A stretch of 64,000 nucleotides of DNA from assembly GCA_965202985.1 (NCBI GenBank), contig CBDBCF010000001.1:224001-288000 (forward strand), in the 5' to 3' direction. A program made the position numbers and the translations under genes. Source of the DNA: Longimicrobiales bacterium. Its GTDB lineage: Bacteria; Gemmatimonadota; Gemmatimonadetes; Longimicrobiales; Gaopeijiaceae. Shown piece by piece: positions 55,401-64,000 of this stretch; positions within the stretch are counted from its first letter, which is position 1, and each line of letters opens with the position of its first letter. The notes below the pieces were generated by a model. That model saw only the letters and a list, made by a program, of their open reading frames with translations. It made no database searches and was not told the DNA's origin.

Positions 55401-57182
55401 GCGGCCTTATTCATGACTCGTGTGAAGTTGTCGTTGGGGCGAGATTGCGGACGTGCACAAGGCGAGCAGGGCAAAACGAGCGCGCGAGCGGGCCGAATTG
55501 GCGATTTCAGACGGTGGAGACGAGGCGCGCAAGGGGATTTTGGGCGTTCGGAGCGCGTTGCTGCGCGCGCTGGACACACTGGTGCGTCGGAGCGGCCGTC
55601 GAGGCCGGAACGGCGACGGGCGCAGGTGCGGCGCTAGCCGCCCGGGTCCGGCAGCAGGGCGAGCTGTCGGGTGGCCAGCGTCCAGTGGCCCGCCGAGCGG
55701 CCGACGATCGTGACGACGCGGCGTCCGGAGACGGTGAACCGGGCGGGCGCTCGCAGCACGCGTTCGAGCAGGCGACGCAAGCTCCACCCGGTCTGGGTGG
55801 CGCGTTCCAGCAGCGTGCGCAGCACGTGCATGGTCTGGTAGCCGAACAGCGCGACGAGCAGACGCACCTCGTTGCAGGCGAAGGCGTCGACGCTCGGGCC
55901 GCGCTGGCCGACCGGTCGGCCCCGGTACCAGCGCTTGGGCCGCGGCGACGACGACAGCGCCGGGTCCACCACGCTCTTCAACTCGCCCATGTGGCCCTCC
56001 GCCTTGCCGCGCTTCCGGTAGAGCGCCAGCAGCGCGTCGGCGGGCATCGCGTCCGCCGACATCGACGTGATCAGCCAGAACACCTCCGGGAACAGCTCGC
56101 CGGGCCGCTCCTTGACCACGCACACCACGCGCCTGGACCGCGACCACGAAGCCGCCCGGCAGCCCTGCTCCGGCTCCCACCACCACATCCGCGCATCGTC
56201 GCCCGCCTCCCGCAAGTCGTACCACGTCTCCTGCACCGCTTCGTCCACCGCCCGCTCGGCCAACCGGTCGAGCACAGCGTTCCGACGGAGCCTGGCCACG
56301 AACGGCGTGCCCCGGTCCTCGAGCGCCCGCATCAGCTGCTCGGCCGGGTACCCCGCGTCCATCCGCACCACCGCCCTGCGGCAGCAGTGCCGCTCGACGC
56401 GGTCGAGCACCGCCAGCACGAACTCCGTCCCGCCCGCAGCCGTGTGCGCCTTGCCCGCCCGCAGCCGAGCGTCCAGCAAGTCGCCCGTCTCCGCCGACGA
56501 CGCCACCAGCGGATGGTACACCGTCGCCTTGCAGTAGCCGTTCCAGCCGCTGCCCGGCCGCTTGCCGTGAACCTCGATCGGCAGGCTGTCCACGTCCACC
56601 ACCATCTCCGCCAGCCGACGCCCGCCGTTGCGCGCCCGCAGCCGCCAGCCCGCCAGCCGCGCCAGCCCCTCCCGCAGCACCTCCGGGTTGTCCCCCCGCG
56701 ACAGCATCGCCACCAGCCGCGACAGCGTCGGCTGCGACGCCAGCACACGCCCCGCCGCCAACGGCGTCGTGCCCGCCCGCCCGCTCGCAGCCAGCCGGAA
56801 CGCCGGATCGTCCCGCAACATCGTCGCGTCGGCGTGGTCCCGACGACACTGAGCCGCCAGCAGGCACGCCGTCCGCACCAGCTCCGCCAGCGAATGCCGT
56901 GTCCTGCGCGGGTCCCGAGCGTCGTCGATCCGCTCGCTCAGCCAGCGGTCCACGCCGCTGGCGCTCAACACCTCGCGACACAAGAGAACGCCCGCGTCGC
57001 CCGTCACCTTGTCGGGCCGAACCTCGACCCGCACCGACTTGTTGTACCGAAACGGAGCACCCATTATCTTCACCTTGGCGTTGCGTGCGGCAGGCCGCCG
57101 GTTCTCGGCCCGTGAACCTTGAACCTAATGGCCTGCCGCCGCGCGCCACACCCTTACGCCTGAACCTCGTGAATAAGGCGGG
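55401..57182 (-). mobile_element. IS1380-family element, apparently complete
   Basis: Imperfect 14-bp IRs (gcggccttattcat / gtgaataaggcggg) flanked by a TTGAA duplication at 55396-55400 and 57183-57187. Confidence 0.85.
55634..57073 (-). CDS. IS1380-family DDE transposase
   Basis: TGDAG, LR.DP, LASQPTLSRL, DVDS, YHPL, RMDAGY, Y..RG.AE..ELK, NE.RL. Confidence 0.92.
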   Translation of the reverse strand: MKIMGAPFRYNKSVRVEVRPDKVTGDAGVLLCREVLSASGVDRWLSERIDDARDPRRTRHSLAELVRTACLLAAQCRRDHADATMLRDDPAFRLAASGRAGTTPLAAGRVLASQPTLSRLVAMLSRGDNPEVLREGLARLAGWRLRARNGGRRLAEMVVDVDSLPIEVHGKRPGSGWNGYCKATVYHPLVASSAETGDLLDARLRAGKAHTAAGGTEFVLAVLDRVERHCCRRAVVRMDAGYPAEQLMRALEDRGTPFVARLRRNAVLDRLAERAVDEAVQETWYDLREAGDDARMWWWEPEQGCRAASWSRSRRVVCVVKERPGELFPEVFWLITSMSADAMPADALLALYRKRGKAEGHMGELKSVVDPALSSSPRPKRWYRGRPVGQRGPSVDAFACNEVRLLVALFGYQTMHVLRTLLERATQTGWSLRRLLERVLRAPARFTVSGRRVVTIVGRSAGHWTLATRQLALLPDPGG

Positions 57183-57187
57183 TTGAA

Positions 57188-57920
57188 GCGGCCCCAAGAG
57201 GCGCTCGAGCGGCCTGGGAGCGGCCTGCAGGCCCCGAGGCGTGCCGACGCCGAAGCGTCTTCGCATGAGCAGCCCGAGGTTGAAGGCGGCGACGTGAATC
57301 AGCATCCGCTTGCGGACGTCCTCGTGGCCGCGCACGTGCACGCGGCGAAGCCCGCCCGTCCCCAGCAGGTGCGCGAACGAGCGCTCCAGCTTCTCGCCCC
57401 ACATCCACAGCAGCGCCTTGCCGCGCTCGCCCCGAATCCGCCGCCGGTTCGCATAGACCGGCTTCTGGGCTTCTTTGCTCTGCTTCCAACTCCGCCGACC
57501 GCGCGCGGGCTCGCTCACGTAGCCGTGCAGCCTCCGGTCCTCCAACTCCGTCATCGTCCTGTTCGAGTGATAGCCCTTGTCGCACACCATTCCGCCGCCC
57601 CAGCCCCCAGCTCCGCGAGCCGCCGCTCCGCCTCGTCCAGCGTCTTCGTCACCGACGCCGCATCGCCCCCGTCCGTCGTCTGCACCGTCACGCCCACCAC
57701 GGCGCCCGACTCCAGGTCCACCACCTGCTCCAGCTTGTGACCCAGCCGCGTGCGCCCGTCCTTCATCTTCGTGATCCGCGCCTCCGGATCCCCAGGATGC
57801 ACCCACTCCGCGTTCGACCCCTTCTTCGGACGCTTCCGGTCCAGCTTCGCCAACTCCGCGCGCGTCGGCGTCTCGATCCCCGACGACCGCGCCAACTCCC
57901 GCAGCCACGCCTCGTAGCCC
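57188..57920 (-). mobile_element. IS1182-like transposase, 5'-truncated and frameshifted
   Basis: DPEARITKMKDGRT, VDLESG, DKGYHS, ERSFAH...TGGLRR, AFNLGLLMR. Confidence 0.75.
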
Positions 57921-57924
57921 GCGC

Positions 57925-58062
57925 CCCCATGGTGAACACCTTACGCCGCCGCCGGCTCGCGCGCTTGATCCCTTCCTCCCGCATGAGGCAGGCGATCCGC
58001 TTGGACGCTATCTGCTCGCCCTTGACTTCAGAGCCCGGATTGCCCACCTTCTCCACATTACA
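57925..58062 (-). mobile_element. IS3-family orfB fragment
   Basis: G....KRIA.LMREEGI....RRR.K.T resembles the IS3 HTH_21 region. Confidence 0.55.
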
Positions 58063-58094
58063 CTAGACGCGGAACCCAACATGCGGGAGGAGAC

Positions 58095-58781
58095 GTGAGT
58101 ATCGATCCTGGTAGCGACACCGCGGGTCCAGCGGCCCACACCGGAGAGGACGCGAAGCTGAAGATCGTGTCGATAAGGGTCAACGGGGCACAGATTCAGG
58201 TATACGAACGCGTTACGGTCCGAGAGATTGTCGAGAAGGCAAGCGAGGCTGGCGCGATTTCAGGAGTTATCGAGGAATACGTTATCGAAAGGGTCGAGAC
58301 AGTGGGCGAGCACGGCCTTGAGGAAGAAATCGAAGTTCAGGAACTAGAAGAATTCATGGCGATCCCGTTCGGCAAGACCGAGGTCGCGACAGTGTCGAAC
58401 GTTCACGAGAGAATACGGGAAGAGCTTAGGGCCCTGGGATATCCGTCCCGTGTCGTGACAGGCGATACCTCAGGCGGACCACAGACGGTCGTAGTATTCG
58501 AATATCCAGTGCTTACCGGTCGTTTCAAGGGCACTACGTGCATGATGGGAATATCCACCCAATGCGAGGCCGTGGGGTATCCGGAGATTCCCCCGCATTG
58601 GATTTTCATTAGCCCGCCTATTACCGATACACGAGATGGAACCAACCATGGACTCAACAGGTTTGACGGGATGGATTGGGTAGCCCTGAGTCGGCCGCCG
58701 GGCGCATTTTGGGACAAGCTTGGCTCGAAGAACATGAAAGGGTACATGGAACATGTGGCCCGCGTGTGGAAGAACATATGA
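58095..58781 (+). CDS. Ubiquitin-like (beta-grasp) domain fused to an E2-like domain
   Basis: N-half IRVNG...VTVREIVE.A...YVIE...EEIEV....F.AIP.G. C-half GYP.IPPHW and W..LSRP. Strong RBS GGGAGGAG. Confidence 0.7.
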   Translation: MSIDPGSDTAGPAAHTGEDAKLKIVSIRVNGAQIQVYERVTVREIVEKASEAGAISGVIEEYVIERVETVGEHGLEEEIEVQELEEFMAIPFGKTEVATVSNVHERIREELRALGYPSRVVTGDTSGGPQTVVVFEYPVLTGRFKGTTCMMGISTQCEAVGYPEIPPHWIFISPPITDTRDGTNHGLNRFDGMDWVALSRPPGAFWDKLGSKNMKGYMEHVARVWKNI

Positions 58782-60247
58782 TCCAAGGGGCTTGGCACGA
58801 AGTCGTGCTTCCCGGCGATACGAATCGACGAGCCTGCGATCATCTCTTGCAACATTACCGACAAGGTGATTTCCAGGAAGACTTATGTTTTGGCTCTTGG
58901 ACGCCCAGCCGCGGAATGGACAGAGAGACGGCAATCGTAACCGACATTATCCTTCCGAAGCGCGGCGAGCGAACTCTTCATTCAACGGGCAACGTTAGCT
59001 TCGTGGGTCCCTATCTTGCTCGAGCGACGCGAGAAGCCGTCCGCAAGACGCACGGATTGGTCTTCATGCACAGCCATCCCACCAACGGGTGGCAAGAGAT
59101 GAGCGCAGCGGACGAGCGGGCGGAACGAGGTCGGATCGCAGACGTTGCAAGGACGACAGGCCAGCCACTCGTCGGCATGACCGTCGGAAGAGACGGCCAC
59201 TGGAGCGCTCGAGTGTGGAAGGGCGACGCCGGAAGGCGGAGTTCGTTGACGTGCAGGAAGGTGCGAATCGTAGAGGAAAGTCGGCTCGTCGTGTGGCAGC
59301 GGCCGCTCCGTGGCCGGGGAAGACGATCCCGACAGTACCGGACCGTCCAAAGCTGGGGAGAAGACAAGCAGGGGTGGATCGAGAGCGTTCGGATCGGCGT
59401 CGTAGGGCTCGGGAGCGTAGGAAGCGTAGTCGTGGAAGGCCTGGCACGGATTGGGGTTCGCGACTTGGTGCTCATCGATCACGACTTGGTAGAGGAGAAC
59501 AACTTGGATCGCCTGCTTAATGCCGGCACCAGGGAAATCGGCAAGCCAAAGACAGTCGTGGCGGCCAGAGCCGCACGAAGGGCAAGTTCCGCTCGGTCGA
59601 TTTCGGTGGCAACCGTTCAGAATTCGCTCCAGAGTCGAGAAGCGTACAGCTTGGCTAGAGACTGCGACATCTTGGTAAGCTGCGTGGATGGTCCGGTAGG
59701 GCGCGACCTCTTGAACAGAATCGCATTTCGGGACGGCATCCCTGTAATAGACGGGGGAGTGGAGGTTCGAACGGACATCAGGACCAACAACATGAACGCA
59801 GCACGATGGAAGGCTCATTTGGTGAACCCTTACCAGCAGTGCCTGCGGTGCAAGGAACAGTATACCTCGAGCGATGTAATGATGGAACTGGACGGGTCTC
59901 GGGGTGACCCTTCCTACATTCGCACGCCCGACGGCCGGACCGGCGGAGAGAACGTGTTCAACTTGAGCCTGGCTGTCGGAAGCGAGCTTCTGAACATCGT
60001 GGTTCGCATGCTAGTGGCTGACGGTTGGTGGCCTCAACAACGTGGACTCGAACGGAATCTGGTGACCGGACGCATAAAGACGCAGGACGGACAGTGCTGG
60101 GAGGGCTGTACGATACGTCGAGAAAGTTGGATGGGCGACATGGCGGAGGCCATACCTTATATTGACGCCGGACGACTGAGGCGAACACTCGGCGACGCAC
60201 TTCGGCGTCGTTGGAGGAACACATTCAAGAGATGGAGGATAGGCTGA
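58778..60247 (+). CDS. JAB peptidase-ThiF/E1 adenylyltransferase fusion
   Basis: QEDLCF, FMHSHP and S..D (JAB). VVGLGSVGS, IDHD.VEENNLDR, CVD...R, IDGG, CLRC (ThiF). Confidence 0.88.
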   Translation: MIQGAWHEVVLPGDTNRRACDHLLQHYRQGDFQEDLCFGSWTPSRGMDRETAIVTDIILPKRGERTLHSTGNVSFVGPYLARATREAVRKTHGLVFMHSHPTNGWQEMSAADERAERGRIADVARTTGQPLVGMTVGRDGHWSARVWKGDAGRRSSLTCRKVRIVEESRLVVWQRPLRGRGRRSRQYRTVQSWGEDKQGWIESVRIGVVGLGSVGSVVVEGLARIGVRDLVLIDHDLVEENNLDRLLNAGTREIGKPKTVVAARAARRASSARSISVATVQNSLQSREAYSLARDCDILVSCVDGPVGRDLLNRIAFRDGIPVIDGGVEVRTDIRTNNMNAARWKAHLVNPYQQCLRCKEQYTSSDVMMELDGSRGDPSYIRTPDGRTGGENVFNLSLAVGSELLNIVVRMLVADGWWPQQRGLERNLVTGRIKTQDGQCWEGCTIRRESWMGDMAEAIPYIDAGRLRRTLGDALRRRWRNTFKRWRIG

Positions 60248-61248
60248 TGGAGCAAGAGAACACACAGAATAGTCTGCACACTTTGATCAAGTACGTTGAA
60301 GGTATTCCCGATCGTATCCAGAAGCGACTGACTACGGGAAACGGTATGGATGAGGACAAGATGCGTTCATGGATCGCCGAAGAACTGCAAAAACAGGTTC
60401 GCAGAGTTAGATTCTACAACGACAAGCGGAACCATGAGACGGAAAGCTGTTTCGCGCATTATACGTCGTGGAGTAGTTTTCTTGCGATACTGAACCAAGA
60501 ACGACCACTGATGCGGATGTACAACTACGAGACGGCCAACGATCCGCAGGAGGGTCAGATATACCCCGAGGGATGGAGGGAAGTCGGGGAGAGGGCAAGA
60601 TGCATAGGAGACGTCAACGGTGCTGATGACCGTTCGCAACCGGGTGACACTTACGGATGTTCGTTTTCTAGCGGCACCGAGGACATAGGTGACGACCTGA
60701 CTCTCTGGCGGCTTTACGGCGACAACGGAGAGGGCTGTTCTTTGATGACGAGTTCGCCCGGAATGGATATGTACCGGATTCGCTATAGAAAACACGACGG
60801 GAGTGTAAGAAACCGCAAAGAAGCTGAGGAAGACAAGGCAGTGGCTCAGCAGATGAACAAACTGCTTTGCGCAGGAGAGCGAACCATTGACAGCCTTGAT
60901 GACAGCTATATGCAACCCGTAGGATCAGCTATTGGGGACGCCGTCCAGAGAGTATTAGAAGGCTATTGCTACTTGGTCAAGGATGTAGCCTATTCGAACG
61001 AAAAGGAGTGGCGCCGGATCGTTGTCAGGCCGCCTCTTGTGGAAACCCGCTTTGACGCTGATGTGGCAGGAGTGAGACGATATGTCGAAGGGCATGCATT
61101 CAAGGACTTATTGGTGACAGGATCGGCAATCACAATTGGGCCAAAGGTGGGCAATTCCAAGGCAGTTTGCGACTATGTGAAGAGGACGGCGGGCCACAGA
61201 GGTCTTCAACGGCCTAGCATTAGAAATTCGGCCAAGTCCTATCGGTAG
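60247..61248 (+). CDS. DUF2971 domain protein
   Basis: HYTS, NDPQEG, CSFS...DDL.LWRLYG..G.G, K..AY..EKEWR. Confidence 0.8.
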   Translation: MEQENTQNSLHTLIKYVEGIPDRIQKRLTTGNGMDEDKMRSWIAEELQKQVRRVRFYNDKRNHETESCFAHYTSWSSFLAILNQERPLMRMYNYETANDPQEGQIYPEGWREVGERARCIGDVNGADDRSQPGDTYGCSFSSGTEDIGDDLTLWRLYGDNGEGCSLMTSSPGMDMYRIRYRKHDGSVRNRKEAEEDKAVAQQMNKLLCAGERTIDSLDDSYMQPVGSAIGDAVQRVLEGYCYLVKDVAYSNEKEWRRIVVRPPLVETRFDADVAGVRRYVEGHAFKDLLVTGSAITIGPKVGNSKAVCDYVKRTAGHRGLQRPSIRNSAKSYR

Positions 61249-61260
61249 TTTGGACTGGGA

Positions 61261-61908
61261 ATGACGAGCCCAGACATCGTTTTGGCGGCTATGGTGCCCG
61301 CTCCCCGCGATGTATGGATCGACCCGGTCCGAATTCAGAAGCTGCTGTTCTTGATCGACAAGGAGGTTCCGAGCCTAGTCGGCGGCCCACACTTCAACTT
61401 CCAGCCCTACAGCTACGGTCCGGTCGACCTTGATGTCTACCTTGAACTGGAGGCACTGACGACAGATTACTGCGTACACACCGACCGGACCTTGCGTCAT
61501 CTCCGATTCCGGCTCACCAGCAAGGGGATTGGTCGGGGCGAAGCTCTATTGGCGAGCCTTCCCGACAAGGCATCCCGCTTCGTCGAACGAGCCTGTAAGT
61601 GGGTTTTGGAAGCTTCGTACCACGACTTGCTTTCCGCTATCTATCAGCGGTATCCCGAGATGGCGGTCAACGCAGTGGCAGTTCAGCTGATTCCCAGATC
61701 CACACGCCGCAAGAAGCAATCGGCGATTACAGCGGTCCTGACAGGACTGGCCAGAAGCATTGATTTCATGGGACTGCTTGACGAGCGTCCTGCTGGTATC
61801 GACAGCAACGTCTCCGACCGGGAGGCGATAGGGGACGCTTGGCAACGGACGGGCAACCACCTCAGAGCGGCCATTGGCGAGGTGGACGGCGCACGAGGTC
61901 GGAAGTAG
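61261..61908 (+). CDS. Panacea/SocA (DUF4065)/YwgA-like protein with C-terminal extension
   Basis: RIQKLLFLID, F.PY.YGP...VY..L..L, LL..IY..YP. Confidence 0.6.
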   Translation: MTSPDIVLAAMVPAPRDVWIDPVRIQKLLFLIDKEVPSLVGGPHFNFQPYSYGPVDLDVYLELEALTTDYCVHTDRTLRHLRFRLTSKGIGRGEALLASLPDKASRFVERACKWVLEASYHDLLSAIYQRYPEMAVNAVAVQLIPRSTRRKKQSAITAVLTGLARSIDFMGLLDERPAGIDSNVSDREAIGDAWQRTGNHLRAAIGEVDGARGRK

Positions 61909-61910
61909 AC

Positions 61911-63924
61911 TTGGGTCCGCATCGTGAGCAGTGGCGCGACCGCATCCTCCATGAGTTCCTGCCTGGAGCCTCCCGGCTGACCGTCGTATCCGACCCCGAC
62001 GGCTTGGTGCTGGACGAGACCGTGCTGGCCGAGCTTCGGCGACGGGGCTTCGAGGTGCTGGTCTTCGACGAGCCCGTGGCGTTTCGATACGCCTACGAAT
62101 CGAGATGCCGGCGCTACTGGGACGACGGCAAGCCGGTCGAGGCCGTCGTCGTGGCGAGGATGGACGCTCTTGATACCGCCAATCTGCCCTACGACGTAGT
62201 CCAAGCAGGGAGACCGCTGACGTTCGGGCTCGGCGCGCTGTTCCCCGGTCTGAGCCGGACGGTCTTGGCGACGCTCGGCCCTACGCAGCTCGATGCCCTC
62301 TGCGACGCCGTGGAAGGCAAGCCGCCGGGCGTTCTGGGCGACAACGCGACCAAGGACTTCGTTCTCCGCCATGTCGTCGGGATCGCCCCCGAACTCGTGC
62401 GGGAACCTCCGAGCCTGCTTCGCGCCCTGCTCCGCATCCATCACGGCGGCCAGTCGATTCCGTCACTGCTGGGAGAGCGCTTGGTCCGGGTTCTCTGCCA
62501 GGAGGGCCGCTTCGAGGACTGGCCACTGGAGCAGATCGTGACCGGACGCGAACGCCTTCTTCGCGTTCCTTCAAGAGCGCTGGCCTCGCTTCCTTGGCCG
62601 TGCCGCCGGATCCCAGACGACGTCGGAAGAGCGCGACCACGACTTCGCCTACGCAGGGCCGGCGGACCTGCCCTTCGACCACAGCGACGTTCACGTCTAC
62701 ATCGACAACCTCTTCCGGGAAGGGTTTCTGCGACCGGTCGATCACGCGGCCGCCGACGCCTTCGCCGACAGTTGGATTGCGTCCGGAGTGCGGACTTCGG
62801 GCGACGACGCCGACGCGCAGCGCCTGGAACGCCTGCTCGACGCGGCGGCCGGCGCCCTGCCTGACCCGGACGCGCGCTACGGTGACTGGCTGCGCTTCGC
62901 CCGGACATGGGCGGAAGCAGGGGCGCTCGCCCTGTCCCCGGAACGCGAGGCCGCCGACGCGACCGAGCCGAACCTTGCCGCGCTCCGCGACCGTGTCGAC
63001 GCGGCCTTCGCCGAGTGGCTGGGGCGTTGCTATGCGGGCTTGGCCAACCTGCCGCCTTCCCCGCCGGTCATGTTGCACCATGTGCCGCGCGTGCTTGCGC
63101 GCCACCTGGACGACGCGCCGGAGCACAAGGCCGCCCTGCTGGTCGTGGACGGCCTGTCAATGGACCAATGGGTCGTGGTGCGCGAAGAACTGGCCCGTCG
63201 TCGGCCCGCCTACCGCTTTCGGGAAGGGGCCGTCTTCGCCTGGACTCCCACGATCACGTCCGTGTCGCGCCAAGCTGCGTTCGCGGGGAAGCCGCCCTTC
63301 TACTTCCCGCCGGGCAGCATCGACTCCACGGACCGGGAGCCGGCGCTGTGGCGTCAGTACTGGACCGGGCGCGGCTTGGCCGCCGACGACGCCGTCTACC
63401 AGAAGAACCTGGGCGCTGGTTCGCTGGAGGCCGTCGCCGACCTGATCTCTCGTCCGCGAGTCCGGGCTGCCGGGCTGGTCGTGGACACCGTGGACAAGAT
63501 CATGCACGGCATGGAGCTCGGCGCCCGAGGAATGCACGGCCAAGTCCGTCAGTGGGCGCGGGAGCCCTACTTGGCCGCGCTCCTCGACCTGCTCCTGGAC
63601 AACGGATTCCGAGTCTGGCTCGCCTCCGACCACGGCAACGTCGAAGCGACGGGCTGCGGCCGCCCAGCCGCCGGAGGAGTCGCCGACCTGCGGGGCAAGC
63701 GCATCCACGTCTACCCCAGCGCGACGCTGCGCAGGCGGGCCGCCGTCGAGTTCCCGGACGCCCGGCCGTGGCCGCCGGCGGGCCTGCCCCAAGACTACCT
63801 GCCCCTGCTGGCTCCCGGACGCTCCGCGTTCGTTCGCAAGGGGAAGCGCGTGGTCGCCCACGGAGGCGCTTCGTTGGAGGAGGTCGTCGTGCCGCTGGTC
63901 GGCATCGAGCGGGCGGAGCTGTGA
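61911..63924 (+). pseudogene. pglZ: BREX-3 phosphatase PglZ, +1 frameshift near 62541
   Basis: WRD.IL.EF, DPDGL, FRYAYE, LPYD. After the shift: AFFAFLQERW, LLVVDGLS.DQW, PTITSVSRQA, SDHGN, HGGASLEEVVVP. Confidence 0.9.
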
Positions 63925-64000
63925 GCGGACCGCCGTCGCGGACGGTCGGGCTCAGCCAGCGCCTCCGACTGGAGTGGCTGGACGAGGCCGCGGAGTTGGC
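63921..64000 (+). CDS. BREX-3 BrxA-like protein, 3'-partial
   Basis: GTGA-coupled to pglZ; reads VGLSQRLRLEWLD; position of brxA in type 3 loci. Confidence 0.55.
   Translation, partial: MSGPPSRTVGLSQRLRLEWLDEAAEL

Overview
High-GC bacterial chromosome segment. Gene content and protein style suggest Gemmatimonadota, possibly a host-associated MAG (inference). About 1-33.8 kb is mostly housekeeping: fadJ-like, mocA-like/xdhC genes interrupted by a small R-M cassette, vkor-dsbA, a surface-glycan cluster around gyrA, uvrA, hisC-like, an ABC exporter, lutABC, an Rpn nuclease, DinB, an orphan TRAP dctP, an EEP nuclease, a frameshifted AAA ATPase and DUF3500. About 34-64 kb is a defence island. It opens with a NYN nuclease + NACHT/STAND NTPase pair, followed by a type 3 BREX locus (brxF, brxC, pglXI, pglZ, start of a brxA-like gene). 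pglXI is present as two near-identical direct copies that differ in a short putative specificity loop, and each copy lies behind the same palindrome-plus-sigma70 promoter module. The usual brxHII helicase is absent. Its position holds IS debris, a PD-(D/E)XK protein and a four-gene cassette: Ubl-E2 fusion, JAB-E1 fusion, DUF2971 and a Panacea/SocA-like protein (Bub-like ubiquitination system). No rRNA, tRNA or CRISPR array was recognised. Several +1 frameshifts may be sequencing errors. All family assignments come from motif recognition, not database searches.
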